Assembly: GCA_964016885.1 (NCBI GenBank)
Contig: CAXHJY010000812.1
Span: forward strand, 47,013 to 111,012
Direction: 5' to 3'
Length of the DNA stretch: 64,000 nucleotides
Source of the DNA: Eledone cirrhosa
Taxonomy: Eukaryota
Position numbers and translations under genes: made by a program. Below are positions 27,010-39,109 of this stretch, piece by piece (the first letter of the stretch is position 1; the number at the start of each line of letters is the position of its first letter). The notes beneath the pieces are model-generated. The model made no database searches. It had not been told where the DNA came from and worked only from the letters and a program-made list of their open reading frames with translations.

Positions 27010-27832
27010 CATATAGGCATGTATGCTTGCTTATGTGTGCGACTTCGTGCGGATACGTGTGTATGGCTGTATAAATAGGTCTGTCTATTTCAGCTGTTAT
27101 ATCGAATGCTAAATCAGCAATGCTAGCTGCAGCTCCATATCATATAACGTAGTTACGCCTTAATTATTTATGAAATATTGATCAAGTGTACAATGCCTGA
27201 TTCTAGAATTACAACAGTAAGGGAAGGACTAGGAAATATTCGTATTTCTCAGAGTAGATTTCTAATAATAAACCAATGTATTTATAAAGTCTAATATATG
27301 ATTGCGTTTCTTCACGTTTGGGTATATATATATATATATACATGTATGTGTCTATGCGTGTATAAATATATCTACATATGTAACTTATTGTATGTAATCA
27401 TCTAAATACACACATACACTCACACACTTTTATATACATATGTATACACACATATATATGCATATATATGCACACATATATACACATATATATGCACATA
27501 TACATATGCATATATATGCACACATATATACACATATATATGCACACATACATACACATATATATGCACACATATATATATATAGACATATATATGCACA
27601 TATATATATATAGGAACGATCGACTTTCGTCAAATCAGACCGAGGAGACATGGTTTCCGCTGGTTTTTCCAGTTGCTAATATTATCTATCGGTCGCAACT
27701 CCAGGTAGAAGGAGCAACGTGAAATAAAGTGTCTTGCTCAAGGACACAACGCATCTCCCGGTCCAGAAATCGAACTTACAACGTCAAGATTGCGAATCCA
27801 ATTCTCTAATCTCTCAGCCATACGCCTTCACT

Positions 27833-27867
<35 letters not shown>

Positions 27868-28404
27868 GATATATATACGCATATATATTTACATATATAT
27901 ACACACATATATACATATATATATATACACACACATATATATATACACACATATATATATATACACACATATATATATACATATATATATACACATATAT
28001 ATATATACACACACACATATATATATACACACACACATATATATACACACACATATATATACATATATATATACACACATATATATACATATACACATAT
28101 ATATATATATACACACATATATATATATATACACACATATATATATATATACACATATATATATACATATATATACACATATATATATACATATATATAC
28201 ACATATATATACACACATATATATATATATGCACATATAAATACATATATATATACACACATATATATATATATACACACACACACATATATATACATAT
28301 ATATGCTCACATATATATACATATACACATACGCATATATATCTATGCATATATACACGCACACACACATACACACACACACACATATATACACATTACG
28401 GGTT

Positions 28405-28602
28405 CGTACTGGAGTCAACTTAATCGATTTCCTCCCCACCAAAATTGTTGGCCTTGTGCCAAAAGTAGAAACAATTCTTATTATCATTATCATGAGCCGA
28501 GGTTCACTTTGCCTTTCATCCTTACGGGGTCGATAAAATAAAGTACCAGTAATGAACTGGGTATTTGCTGGCCTTGTGCCAAATGTAGAAACAATTCTTA
28601 TT
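28405..28602 (+). mobile_element. Two adjacent 5'-truncated S1-type SINE 3' ends
   Basis: Tail TGGCCTTGTGCCAAA-GTAGAAACAATT occurs twice; core CTTTGCCTTTCATCCTTACGGGGTCGATAAAATAAAGTACCAG. Confidence 0.85.
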
Positions 28603-29300
28603 GTTATTATCATGAGCGTCATCATTATTATTACATCTTCTGTCATTGCTGTTGTGATTTTTATCGAATTTTTTGCTAATTGTAATGTATCAAAAGGAAA
28701 AGATTACTAAAAAAAAATATATAAAATAATATAAAAAAAAAAAAAAAAAAAAAAAAATGAAAAAACAATCACCTTTCTAATTCAACTAAAATCAAAGCTA
28801 AGTATTGATTAACATAGAGAAATATTTTTGAATATGCCAAATGTCGGATAAGAGCGATAACAATAGTCTGAATGACCTTTGGATAAATCCCCTGTGACAA
28901 TGTGTAATAACTAGGCAAAGGAAATTAGAAGGCCTTGTGCTGAAACATGTGTAAGAATTAAAACCATGGTAATACTTAAATGTCAAATATCTTAAAAGAT
29001 AATAAAACGATTAATATATACATATGGTGATGTTGTTGTTTAGTTTCTGGCAGAATTATTAGGGGGTTTGCTGTGAATTGTTCAATAGTACAGGAACAAT
29101 AACAACAACAATAAACAACACCGACAACTACACTAGTTGCAATAACAACAACAACAACAACAGTAACATAAAAAAAATGACAATACACATACACACACAT
29201 TATATTTATATACATAAGATATATATATTTATAAAACACACACATATAAATATATATAAGGTACTCAATACTTTAGTCGTGTGTAAATATTAAGTTTAAT

Positions 29301-29366
29301 ATAGAAATGGCTTCTGATGAAAACTTTTGAATGAATCAGATCTAATCCTGTAGAATCCATTTCTAT
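29301..29366 (+). ncRNA. Decayed hammerhead-like motif
   Basis: ATAGAAATGGCTT-CTGATGA...GAAT-CAG..CTG-TA-GAATCCATTTCTAT; GAAA and stem II are damaged. Confidence 0.4.
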
Positions 29367-29432
29367 TTCTATGTTCAACTTGAAATATACACACACAATA
29401 TATATCTATATATCTATATATATATATATATA

Positions 29433-30082
29433 TTGTTATGCTTTGGGAGGGTCATGTTGCCAATAAGAAACACACGCACCATTGCTTTAACTCCAATTTA
29501 TTATAAGTTAAATTTATAAATTTAAGAATTTATAAATTTCCAGTTGGTTGGTTGGTTGGTTCCACAACCGGACGGTTGTTCATATATTGTTACAGTTCTT
29601 TCGTAACACATTATGTGACCTCCTCAGTGACTGGGGATTCTTTTCTTTGTTTTTGTGCCTTTCCTTTGTTCTGTCCTACGCCATCTTGTTTTTTTGTGTG
29701 TGTTGTGTGCTTAGTTTGCGCATGTGTTACATCCTGGTGTCTGTGTGTGTTTATATTTGTTTATTTATTTGTTTATTTACATGTTACTGGCTGGTTGTTT
29801 GTTCTATGTGTGTGTGTGTTTTCATTTTCTCCTTAACTGTAAGTTGTGATGTTGCTATTCCATTCATGTATTCTATTTAATTTTGGTAGGAGTTCATTTA
29901 TGTTTATTGCCTCTGTGATTTGTCTAAACATTGCGTGTTTTCTGTGTGTAGATTCTATTTTTATTTCTATGTTCTCTAATTTACCCTCATGTTCTATTTT
30001 AGCATGTTTATGGAGTACACATGATTCTTTTCTATCTTGAAGCTCTCGCCAGTGTTCATTTATCCGTTCTCCTATACTACGA
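29433..30082 (-). mobile_element. 5'-truncated Penelope-like element (end of GIY-YIG plus 3' terminus), related to 18430-21848
   Basis: Minus strand RSIGERINEHWRELQDRKESCVLHKHAKIEH...FRQITEAININELLPKLNRIHEWN; the terminus ATGACCCTCCC matches ~21827. Confidence 0.88.
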
Positions 30083-30157
30083 GTTTGACCGTCAATCGCT
30101 CTGTATAATCAGTTCCTGATTATTTACTAGAATTCTATAAGAACCAAACATCCATGA

Positions 30158-30249
30158 TTTCAGCAAACAGGAGGAGTAGTTGGCTTTGATAAGCATCAAT
30201 AAATGCGAAACAAGGCCTTGTCAGCTTTATCTCCCCCTGTTTGCTGAAA
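30158..30249 (+). ncRNA. Hammerhead ribozyme with U3:A8 core and long stem I, family K
   Basis: GGCT-TTGATAA-GCAT CAATAA ATGC-GAAA-CAAGGCCTTG-TC-AGCT, extended by TTTCAGCAAACAGG/CCTGTTTGCTGAAA. Confidence 0.75.
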
Positions 30250-30393
30250 ATTAAAGTAAGCGAGTCTGTCACTACTCTAAAACAATAGCATAAGGTCTTC
30301 GAAATGCTTTTAAGTAAGCATACAGTGTATTGCAAAATACACTATATATACATTCATATATATATATATAGCTATTACAGAGCACCAATTCTA

Positions 30394-30437
<44 letters not shown>

Positions 30438-30441
<4 letters not shown>

Positions 30442-30730
30442 TCAATATATTAATAAATGGAAACTATATTTATAAAACCATAATTATTTTATTATATATA
30501 TTTCAAGGGCAACCAAGCCAATATTGGTGCGCTTTCAACAGATAAAATACAAAATTCGTTTTATAAATTGTGACATACCCATGGAAAACAACCTTGACGG
30601 TTGAAAATTAGCTGAATAGTCATTAATTAAATTAATATATTGAACATTTACTCCAGTAAACTGTTGAGTGCTCTATATTAGTTATAAACTTTTATGTTTG
30701 TTGGAATCCCAACAAATTAAATATAACTTC
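30438..30730. mobile_element. Family C pLTR fragments, minus then plus orientation
   Basis: Homologous to 6241-6400 and 7715-7810; the core reads CTGTTGA (damaged). Confidence 0.7.
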
Positions 30731-30752
30731 TACATATAACTTCTACATATAT

Positions 30753-31063
30753 GTGAAATCTATACAGCAGAAATCTATCTGCTGTATAGATTTCACTTTC
30801 CACGCTTGACCGGCTCCACTCACTCCCTCAGTGTTCTACAGGCAAGTTCAGCAACGCCTACCTTCCACCAAATACCATGACAGACTTATTTGTGTTTACA
30901 ACAAATTTTGACCAATCCTCTTGACAACTACAATCTTCCCATATAAGGAAGTACCCCTTGACAAGTTCGGCTATTTATTTACCAGGCTAAAAATTTCTAA
31001 TTTAGTCCAGAAATAGCTGTCGAAACGGCTTGAGCTCTGCCGTCGGGGTCATACTTTTTCCTA
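30753..31063 (+). mobile_element. Family F pLTR fragment starting with a 19-bp-arm perfect hairpin (30753-30796)
   Basis: GTGAAATCTATACAGCAGA/TCTGCTGTATAGATTTCAC; the 3' part is homologous to 31715-31775, 38262-38316 and 49390-49441. Confidence 0.75.
30953..31049 (+). ncRNA. Hammerhead ribozyme with U3:A8 core, family F
   Basis: ACCCC-TTGACAA-G..CGGCTATTT...AAATAGCTG.C-GAAA-CGGC TTGAGCTCT GCCG-TC-GGGGT. Confidence 0.72.
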
Positions 31064-31280
31064 TATTTATATATATATATATATATATTAAAGTGTTAAA
31101 CGATATTCAATGAGTATGTCAAAGAATGAGTTTTACAGTAGATTGGAAGCACTCTACCTCAAAATCCTTTTTCCGGAGTTATTAATATTAAAATATAAAT
31201 ATTAATAAAATAGATGTTCTTTTGATCAATTACACTTTATTATACATAACCATTTAACATCTCAGGGTATGTCACGTATC

Positions 31281-31343
31281 ATTATATTTTGTCTGATGAG
31301 GACGTACTGTTGTACATCCGAAATATGTATAATAAAATGTAAT
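31281..31343 (+). ncRNA. Minimal type I hammerhead ribozyme, family G
   Basis: ATTATATTTTGT-CTGATGA-GGACGTAC TGTT GTACATCC-GAAA-TATGTA-TA-ATAAAATGTAAT; lies inside the inverted repeat 31185-31248/31324-31387. Confidence 0.85.
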
Positions 31344-31378
31344 TGATCAAAAGAACATCTATTTTATTAATATTTATA

Positions 31379-31428
<50 letters not shown>

Positions 31429-31514
31429 TAATATTGAAAGAAATAATAATAAAACACACTGACTGTTTGGTTTGGTTTGGATAGGTTTTTGCTACAGTAT
31501 CACCATATATATCG

Positions 31515-31559
<45 letters not shown>

Positions 31560-31562
<3 letters not shown>

Positions 31563-31775
31563 CCAAGGAATTGTGGTAAGGAACCAAATAGACCATAGCG
31601 CACCAGAGTACTCAATACTTAGGGTAGCAGAGTGGGAAATAGGAAAAAGTATGACCCCAACAGCAGAGCTCAAGCCGTTTCGACGGCTATTTCTGGACTC
31701 GACGGTTATTTCTGAGTCCAGAAATAGCCGTCGAAACGGCTTGAGTTCTGCTGTCGGGGTCATACTTTTTCCTAT
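31560..31775. mobile_element. Family F fold-back insertion (~62-bp-arm hairpin, 31639-31775)
   Basis: Near-perfect inverted repeat of the hammerhead 3' half, flanked by (TA)n. Confidence 0.85.
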
Positions 31776-32222
31776 ATATATATATGTATATATATATACA
31801 ATATAATTAGAAACACACATATACATGCGGACACACACATATATACTTGAATGCATCCGCACCCAACTGTGAGTTAAGGGTGCCAACTTCACCGATGTTG
31901 CTCAATGAATGACTGGGACAGACCAATTCAGTTGAACTAGACTGAACCAGTAGGCATAGCTCTGTTTCTCGACCGTTATATCGCGTGGCTATCTCCCCCT
32001 CCGCCTTTTGGGATTCTTTCTCACGTCGTGTAGACGCGTTCTTGAGACTAGTAAAATGAGGTATCCTCTTGATAAGTCGGCAGACCTCGCAAGGACTCTA
32101 TGTCTTTATGATATATTGTTTTTGTTTATGCCACGAAACTACGTAGTCGAGGAATTTAGGAGCAGTTTAGGTATGATACATTTTATTACTAATTATATCT
32201 AAATGTTTCTTCTCTCTTCATA

Positions 32223-32258
<36 letters not shown>

Positions 32259-32599
32259 CTAATAGAACAATTCCTGATTACAGGGCCAGCGGCAGTAGAG
32301 GGGAGAGATCAGTATATCCAAGAAGCTATTTGCAAATCGAAATCTTATGATTACATAATATATTATCTTTCTTACGCCGAACCTAAATAATTATATCTTC
32401 TTTTAATGGAAACAACGTAGCGGCCATTGACGTCTCTTTGAAGCCTCTAGACGCATCTTTATTCGCGGATTATTTACGGATTATGTATGGATTATTGGCT
32501 TTCTGCTAACGAGTGTTCCCCATCAATATTAGCATAAGTTGTTCAATTATTTATAGATTTCTACTGATATATTATCGATTACCAGTCTTTTGTAATTGC

Positions 32600-33310
32600 A
32601 TCACGTGTATGCATATATATTGGAATGTGTGTATATATGTATATTATATGTATATGTGTGTAAGTCTATGTGGGTATGTGAATGTGTTTCTGTGTGTGTA
32701 TATATGCATGTGTGTTTATAGATGTGTGTGTGTGTGCTTGTGTAACTTTGTGCATTTGTGTGTGTGTGTGTGTGTAAGTGTGTGAGTGAGTGTGTAATAT
32801 GTGTGTGAGTGTGTAATGTATGCGCGTGCCTGTACGTGTGTTCGCGTGTATATGTATGCGTGTGTGTATGTTTGTGTGTGTGTGTGTGTGCCTCAGTTTT
32901 TGTGAGTGTGTAATGTAAGTGCGTGTACGTGTGTACGTGTGTGTGCGAGTGTATGTGTGGTGATGTGTAGATGTATGTCAGTGTGTGTGTGAGTGTATGT
33001 GTGTGGTGATGTGTGGTGATGTGTAGGTGTATGTTAGTATGTGTGTTTGTGTGTGTCAGTATGTGTGTATATGTCATGTGTGTGTGTTTATGGGTGGTGA
33101 TGTGTAGGTGTATGTTAGTGTGTGTGTGTATGTGTTTCTGTGTGGTGATGTGTAGGTGTATGTCAGTGTGTGTATATGTGTTTCTGTGTGGTGATATATA
33201 GGTGTATGACAGTGTGTGTGTGTGTATATGTCAGTGTGTGTGTTTGTGTGTGTATATGTCAGTATGTGTGTGTGTGTGTGTGAATGTCAGTGTGTGTGTG
33301 TGTGTGTGTG
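32600..33310. repeat. Degenerate (TG)n array
   Basis: Direct reading. Confidence 0.9.
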
Positions 33311-33409
33311 TTTAAATCTTCGTAGTTGTGATCAAATCAGGTTTTATTTCAGAGACCGCTCCCCCACCCATACCATCACAATTCCCTAAACCTACAAGTG
33401 CGTATTGTA

Positions 33410-33922
33410 CAGTAACAACACTACTACTACCACCATTACTACTACCACTACTACTGCTAATGCCACTACTACTGCTGCTACTACTACGGTTGCTGCTGCT
33501 ACTACTACTGTTGCTGCTACTATTACTACTGTTTCTGCTATTATTTCTACTTGTACTACTACTACTACTCCTACCACCATTCCTACTACTACTACTACTA
33601 CTCTACTGGTGCTGCTACTAATACTACTGCTTCTGCTACTACTTCTACTTGTACTACTTATGCTACTACTACTACTGTTGCTGCTGCTACTACTACTACT
33701 ACTACTACTATTACTGCTGCTACTACTACTATTACTGCTGCTACTTCTACTGTTGCTGTTAGTACTACTACTACTACTGTTGCTTTGCTACTACTCCTAC
33801 AACCATTACAATTAATACTACAACTACTACGGCTACTACTGCTGCTGCTACTACTACTACTAATATTACTGCTGCTACTACTGATACTATTATTACTACT
33901 ATTATTACTGCTGCTGCTACTT
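33410..33922. repeat. (CTA)n/(CTG)n trinucleotide array
   Basis: Direct reading. Confidence 0.93.
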
Positions 33923-34108
33923 CGAATTGCACTTCTGAATTTTTCTACGTTTCTTAGTTATACAACCATACCTACATACACATACACACACACACACACA
34001 TATATATATACATACATACATATATCCGGTGTGTATGTGTGTGTATATATATATGTGTGTGTATGTGTGTGTGTCTGTGTCTACATATATATATATATAT
34101 GTGTGTTA

Positions 34109-34588
34109 TATTCTATTCTAGGGCTGGTAAAATTCGCGAGATCCATGGACGAGTTCTCCCCAGCGGTCTCTGTCTCTCATTATCGCTGCCATCTCCTGCG
34201 TCTCCAACAGACCAGTGTCTGTCCTTAGGCCATCGACATACGTTGACCTTAGTCTTCCTCTTCCAGTGTGCCCATGCAGGGTCTCCCACAGGAGCACTGA
34301 GTGCAATGTCAACTCTGGATGTCGGTGAGCATGTCCAGCCAACCTCAGTCTCCTCTGTGTCACTTTTTAGCTGACTTTTGGGATGCTCCCATACAGCTCT
34401 GAGTTCTTCATCCTCATACTGATTAATGTTCAGAGCCATCCTCAGCATTCTCGTGTAGCACCCATCCACCATCTGAGAGAATTTCTTGGTCAGTGTCCAA
34501 GTCTCAGACCCGTACAGCAGCACAGACTCCACTACAGTGATGGAGAGGCGGATTTTCAGGTCTTGACGAAGGCCAGCCTTCCACACCA
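34109..34588 (-). mobile_element. RTE-clade LINE 3' fragment
   Basis: VESVLLYGSETWTLTKK...DGCYTRMLRMALNI and RRLRLAGHAHRHPE...GRGR...TYVD; short (TAGAA)n tail. Confidence 0.9.
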
Positions 34589-34618
34589 TATATATGTGTG
34601 TGTGTATGTATATATACA

Positions 34619-34684
<66 letters not shown>

Positions 34685-34773
34685 TATGTGTGTGTGTGTG
34701 TGTATATATAGTTTTAATATAGATGAGATTCTAGAGGACTGTGGTTACCTCCGATTCAACCCGGAATAACGTA

Positions 34774-34802
<29 letters not shown>

Positions 34803-34811
<9 letters not shown>

Positions 34812-34975
34812 ATTAAATAAATGGAAAACTATATTTATAAAACCACTGTTGGTTTTATAAATATAGTTTTCCATTTATTTAATATCGTATATATACTCCA
34901 AATATTTGTCGAGTGCTTTTATATCAGTTATAAATATTTACTAGTTGTAACCCAACAATTTAAATATAACTTTAC
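34803..34975. mobile_element. Family C 3'-terminal fragment with ~42-bp-arm fold-back (34803-34891)
   Basis: Arms meet at ...TTTATAAAACCA-CTGT-TGGTTTTATAAA...; continues as 7690-7810. Confidence 0.8.
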
Positions 34976-35011
<36 letters not shown>

Positions 35012-35046
35012 CTGTGTGTGTGTGTATGTGTGGGTGTGTCTGTGTC

Positions 35047-35078
<32 letters not shown>

Positions 35079-35141
35079 GTTTTAATATAGATGAGATTCT
35101 AGAGGACTGTGGTTACCTCCGATTCAACCCGGAATAACGTA

Positions 35142-35210
<69 letters not shown>

Positions 35211-36169
35211 ATTTGTGTGTATATGTATGTGTAATGCTCTTTATAGGAACAGGATGTATACTTAGTATAGTATCCGAGTAGTGCTGTGCTTATAAATACC
35301 TCATTCACACACCAGTTCTGCATTAATTCCATTTCAATCTACAAACAACAATGAACACATAAAGAATGGAGTTCCTTCTGTTATCGCTAGACTAAATAAA
35401 AGCATGTATACGTAGATAGTAAATTTATGCTATTTTAGTAAAGATTTACTAAGTTATTCAAATCAATGTATACTGGAAACCTGTAATGTGATTAGCCTAC
35501 ACTTTTGAGCTGTTCAATATGCATGAAACATTCAACAGAGAAATTAATATCAGTTAAAGATAGATGGTTATATAATTCATAGTAGGTAGTATTAAGTATA
35601 TCACTACATCTTTATGGAGTACGAGGATGAAGCCATTTGCAAGGAATGAAGATAAATAGAGGTTTAAATACAAAAGCGTATATTACGTCGGTGTATTTAG
35701 TGGAATGGAATTTTGAATTAAAAATTTTGAATTTTGATAATGAAACTTAAGTAAAGGTAACGGGAAATAAGAAATAAGTGGGTAGTTTTGAACTAAGAGA
35801 TAACAAAGACATAAACTTGAGCTACAAGAGGCTGAATATACATAGGTAATTTAAGAGACGTAGGTGATGAAAGACATTTTCAGAATGAAACACAATTAGT
35901 GTTTAAATCTAAGATAAATGGTCAAGGTAAAATGGCGGCTATTGGAAGATGAACCATATATCACTTTTTAGGTTTGGTGAAGAAATAGGAAAGTTAGAAT
36001 GGTGTGACTAGGATAAGGGGAATAAAGCCGGTGAGATTAGTAACGATAGGGAAACTTGAAAACGTATAATCACACGTGAAGCATTACAAGGCTAAAGGGA
36101 TTTAAATAAGATTTATATAAGCTTTATAAAGTAGTGATAGGCATAGATATAAAGTAGTGATAGACATAG

Positions 36170-36216
<47 letters not shown>

Positions 36217-36254
36217 AATACATACATATCTATGTCTACATCGCTATTTTAACG

Positions 36255-36291
<37 letters not shown>

Positions 36292-36371
36292 TGTATATAT
36301 ATATTTGTGTGTGTGGGTGTGTGTATCTATATTTATATATACATGCATATTTATGCATGTATATAAGTATA

Positions 36372-36407
<36 letters not shown>

Positions 36408-36414
36408 AGAGCGT

Positions 36415-36446
<32 letters not shown>

Positions 36447-36449
36447 GAG

Positions 36450-36529
<80 letters not shown>

Positions 36530-36602
36530 GGGGCATGGAGAACAGATTAGAGCAATTTCCTTAATCTTGATATATAGTTTAACTGCGTAGAACCAGTTTG
36601 GG

Positions 36603-37269
36603 AATTTGCCTTCTGTAAGGAGGATAAATGTACGGCATAATAAATTGTGATCTAATATTTATAACTTCTGCTATTGTTTCTTTTAATGTTTAGAGCCAAG
36701 TACCGTAGAACATGGATAGTCAACTTGTTAGAAGACAGCTAAATAGCTCTCAAAATAAAGCACACTATCCTGTATTTTATTCCTATATAAGCAATGGACG
36801 CGCAATGTAGGATATGGTACGTGGCATGGGACTCAACAAGATGTTTACTTTGGAGACAATTGTGCTTGTCTTCCTATGTAAATATATCTTGGAGTAATAA
36901 AAAAGTTAAGAATTTGTTTGTATAGTAAACTAAGATAGAATACATTAACCAATACACAGTAATCCAAACAAGAACACACATCAAACAAAACACTATACAC
37001 ACATGCAAACGCAAACGCATGCGCAGAGAAGACAAAAAAATAAACAAATTTGCCTTCTGTAAGGAGGATAAATGTACTGCATAATAAATTGTGATCTAAT
37101 ATTTATAACTTCTGCTATTGTTTCTGTTAATGTTTAGAGCCAAGTACCGTAGAACATGGATAGTCAACTTGTTAGAAGACAGCTAAATAGCTCTCAAAAT
37201 AAAGCACACTATCGTGTATTTTATTCCTATATAAGCAATGGACGCGCAATGTCGGATATGGTTCGTGGC
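36603..37269. repeat. 223-bp direct duplication (36603-36825, 37047-37269) around a 221-bp filler
   Basis: Copies differ at only a few positions; the filler ends in CGCAAACGCATGCGC..AGAAGACAAAA, similar to the Penelope 3' UTR at ~21468-21510. Confidence 0.9.
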
Positions 37270-37386
37270 GAGAACACATTCGATAATAGTATATTATTTC
37301 TCTATCATGGCTGGACCTGCTACTGAACAACAAGAGTGAAAACTGCAAAACAGCAACAGCTCACTCTGTCTATCTGTCTAACTCTG

Positions 37387-37423
<37 letters not shown>

Positions 37424-37425
37424 TT

Positions 37426-37699
<274 letters not shown>

Positions 37700-37780
37700 G
37701 GTAAACAGAAATAACAACACAATCGGTACAGTATATGGAAGGAATATGTTAGGTTAACGCTTCAAATAGCCGGAAGAACG

Positions 37781-37816
37781 TCTTAACGTTTCGGACGCTA
37801 GTCCTTCATCAGAAGA
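37781..37816 (-). ncRNA. Ultra-minimal hammerhead motif, family H (second copy 48703-48738)
   Basis: TCTT-CTGATGA-A-GGAC TAGC GTCC-GAAA-CG-TT-AAGA; lies in a repeat shared between ~37690-37820 and ~48615-48740. Confidence 0.65.
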
Positions 37817-37966
37817 AAGAATGATAAATTAAGATAGATTGAAGGCACTGGCAGGGTGGAATTGAAAAAAAATGACTTTAGATAAAATATATCTGGCCTC
37901 CATTCATGTTGAAATCTAGGAGGAAGCTTCAAAACGTTCAAGTTGTTACCACATTTGTTTGTTTAG

Positions 37967-38022
<56 letters not shown>

Positions 38023-38137
38023 CTAAACAAACAAATGTAGTAACAACAACAACTGAAAATCTATAATGTCAAGCAGTGTATGTAGGTGTATGGAGGCGTG
38101 TGTAAGTGTGCTCTATGTGTATATATATATGTATATA

Positions 38138-38316
38138 TAACGAAAGAAATGTGTTACGGAACCAGATGGACCATAACGCACCAAAGTACACAATACTTAG
38201 GGTAGTAGAGTGGGTAATAGGAACGAGTAGGACCCCGACGGCTGAGCTCAAGCCGTTTCGAGAATTAGCCGTCGAAACGGCTTGAGCTCAGCCGTCGGGG
38301 TCCTACTCGTTCCTAT
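38138..38316. mobile_element. Family F fold-back insertion (perfect ~45-bp-arm hairpin, 38217-38316)
   Basis: ATAGGAACGAGTAGGACCCCGACGGCTGAGCTCAAGCCGTTTCGA followed by its reverse complement. Confidence 0.88.
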
Positions 38317-38430
38317 ATGTATATATATATATACATATATACACATAAATATACGGAAATATGTGTATAGTTATAGAGATGTATGTATGTATATATAAGG
38401 GTTAAAATACTAGAGCGTGCTGGATGTATG

Positions 38431-38461
<31 letters not shown>

Positions 38462-38480
38462 ATGTAAAGATGTCTGTGTG

Positions 38481-38521
<41 letters not shown>

Positions 38522-39109
38522 GGTGTGTGTATACATCGAGGTTATTGATACGTTCAAATGAATGCATTTCAATAAATAAATCAATTTAATAAATATTTCC
38601 TGAATGAAATTAATTAATTAATTTACAATGAGTGTTTTAATTACGTTTTATCGAATTAATTACACTCAAAAATACACAACAAGAACATTTTGTATGGGAG
38701 GGGTTAAAACGAAAGCTATGTAATCGCCATTTTGAAATAAGCAGTAAAAGAACTTATTACATCGTTCATGTCAATTTCTTTAAGAAACTTATAATCACAA
38801 CAGGCTTCATTAACTAAAGTATTTCAATATAGAATTTCTAATTTCTTAGGGGGCCTTTTTTTTTTCTTCTGTATTTTTCATTTATTTTCATTACCTATTT
38901 CTGTATTTCTTTATTTATTTTACTTATTTGTTTATTTGTTAGTTGTTGTTTTGTTTGTTATTGTTGTTGTTGCGGTAAATAGGAATACGTTCGATAATCT
39001 TTAGATCACAAGTTTCCGTTGAATCTAAGTCACATATCGATGGATATAGATTCACGATTGAGATATTTTCAATAACTCGTCAGTACGTTGCACCAGGACA
39101 CGCCTAGTG

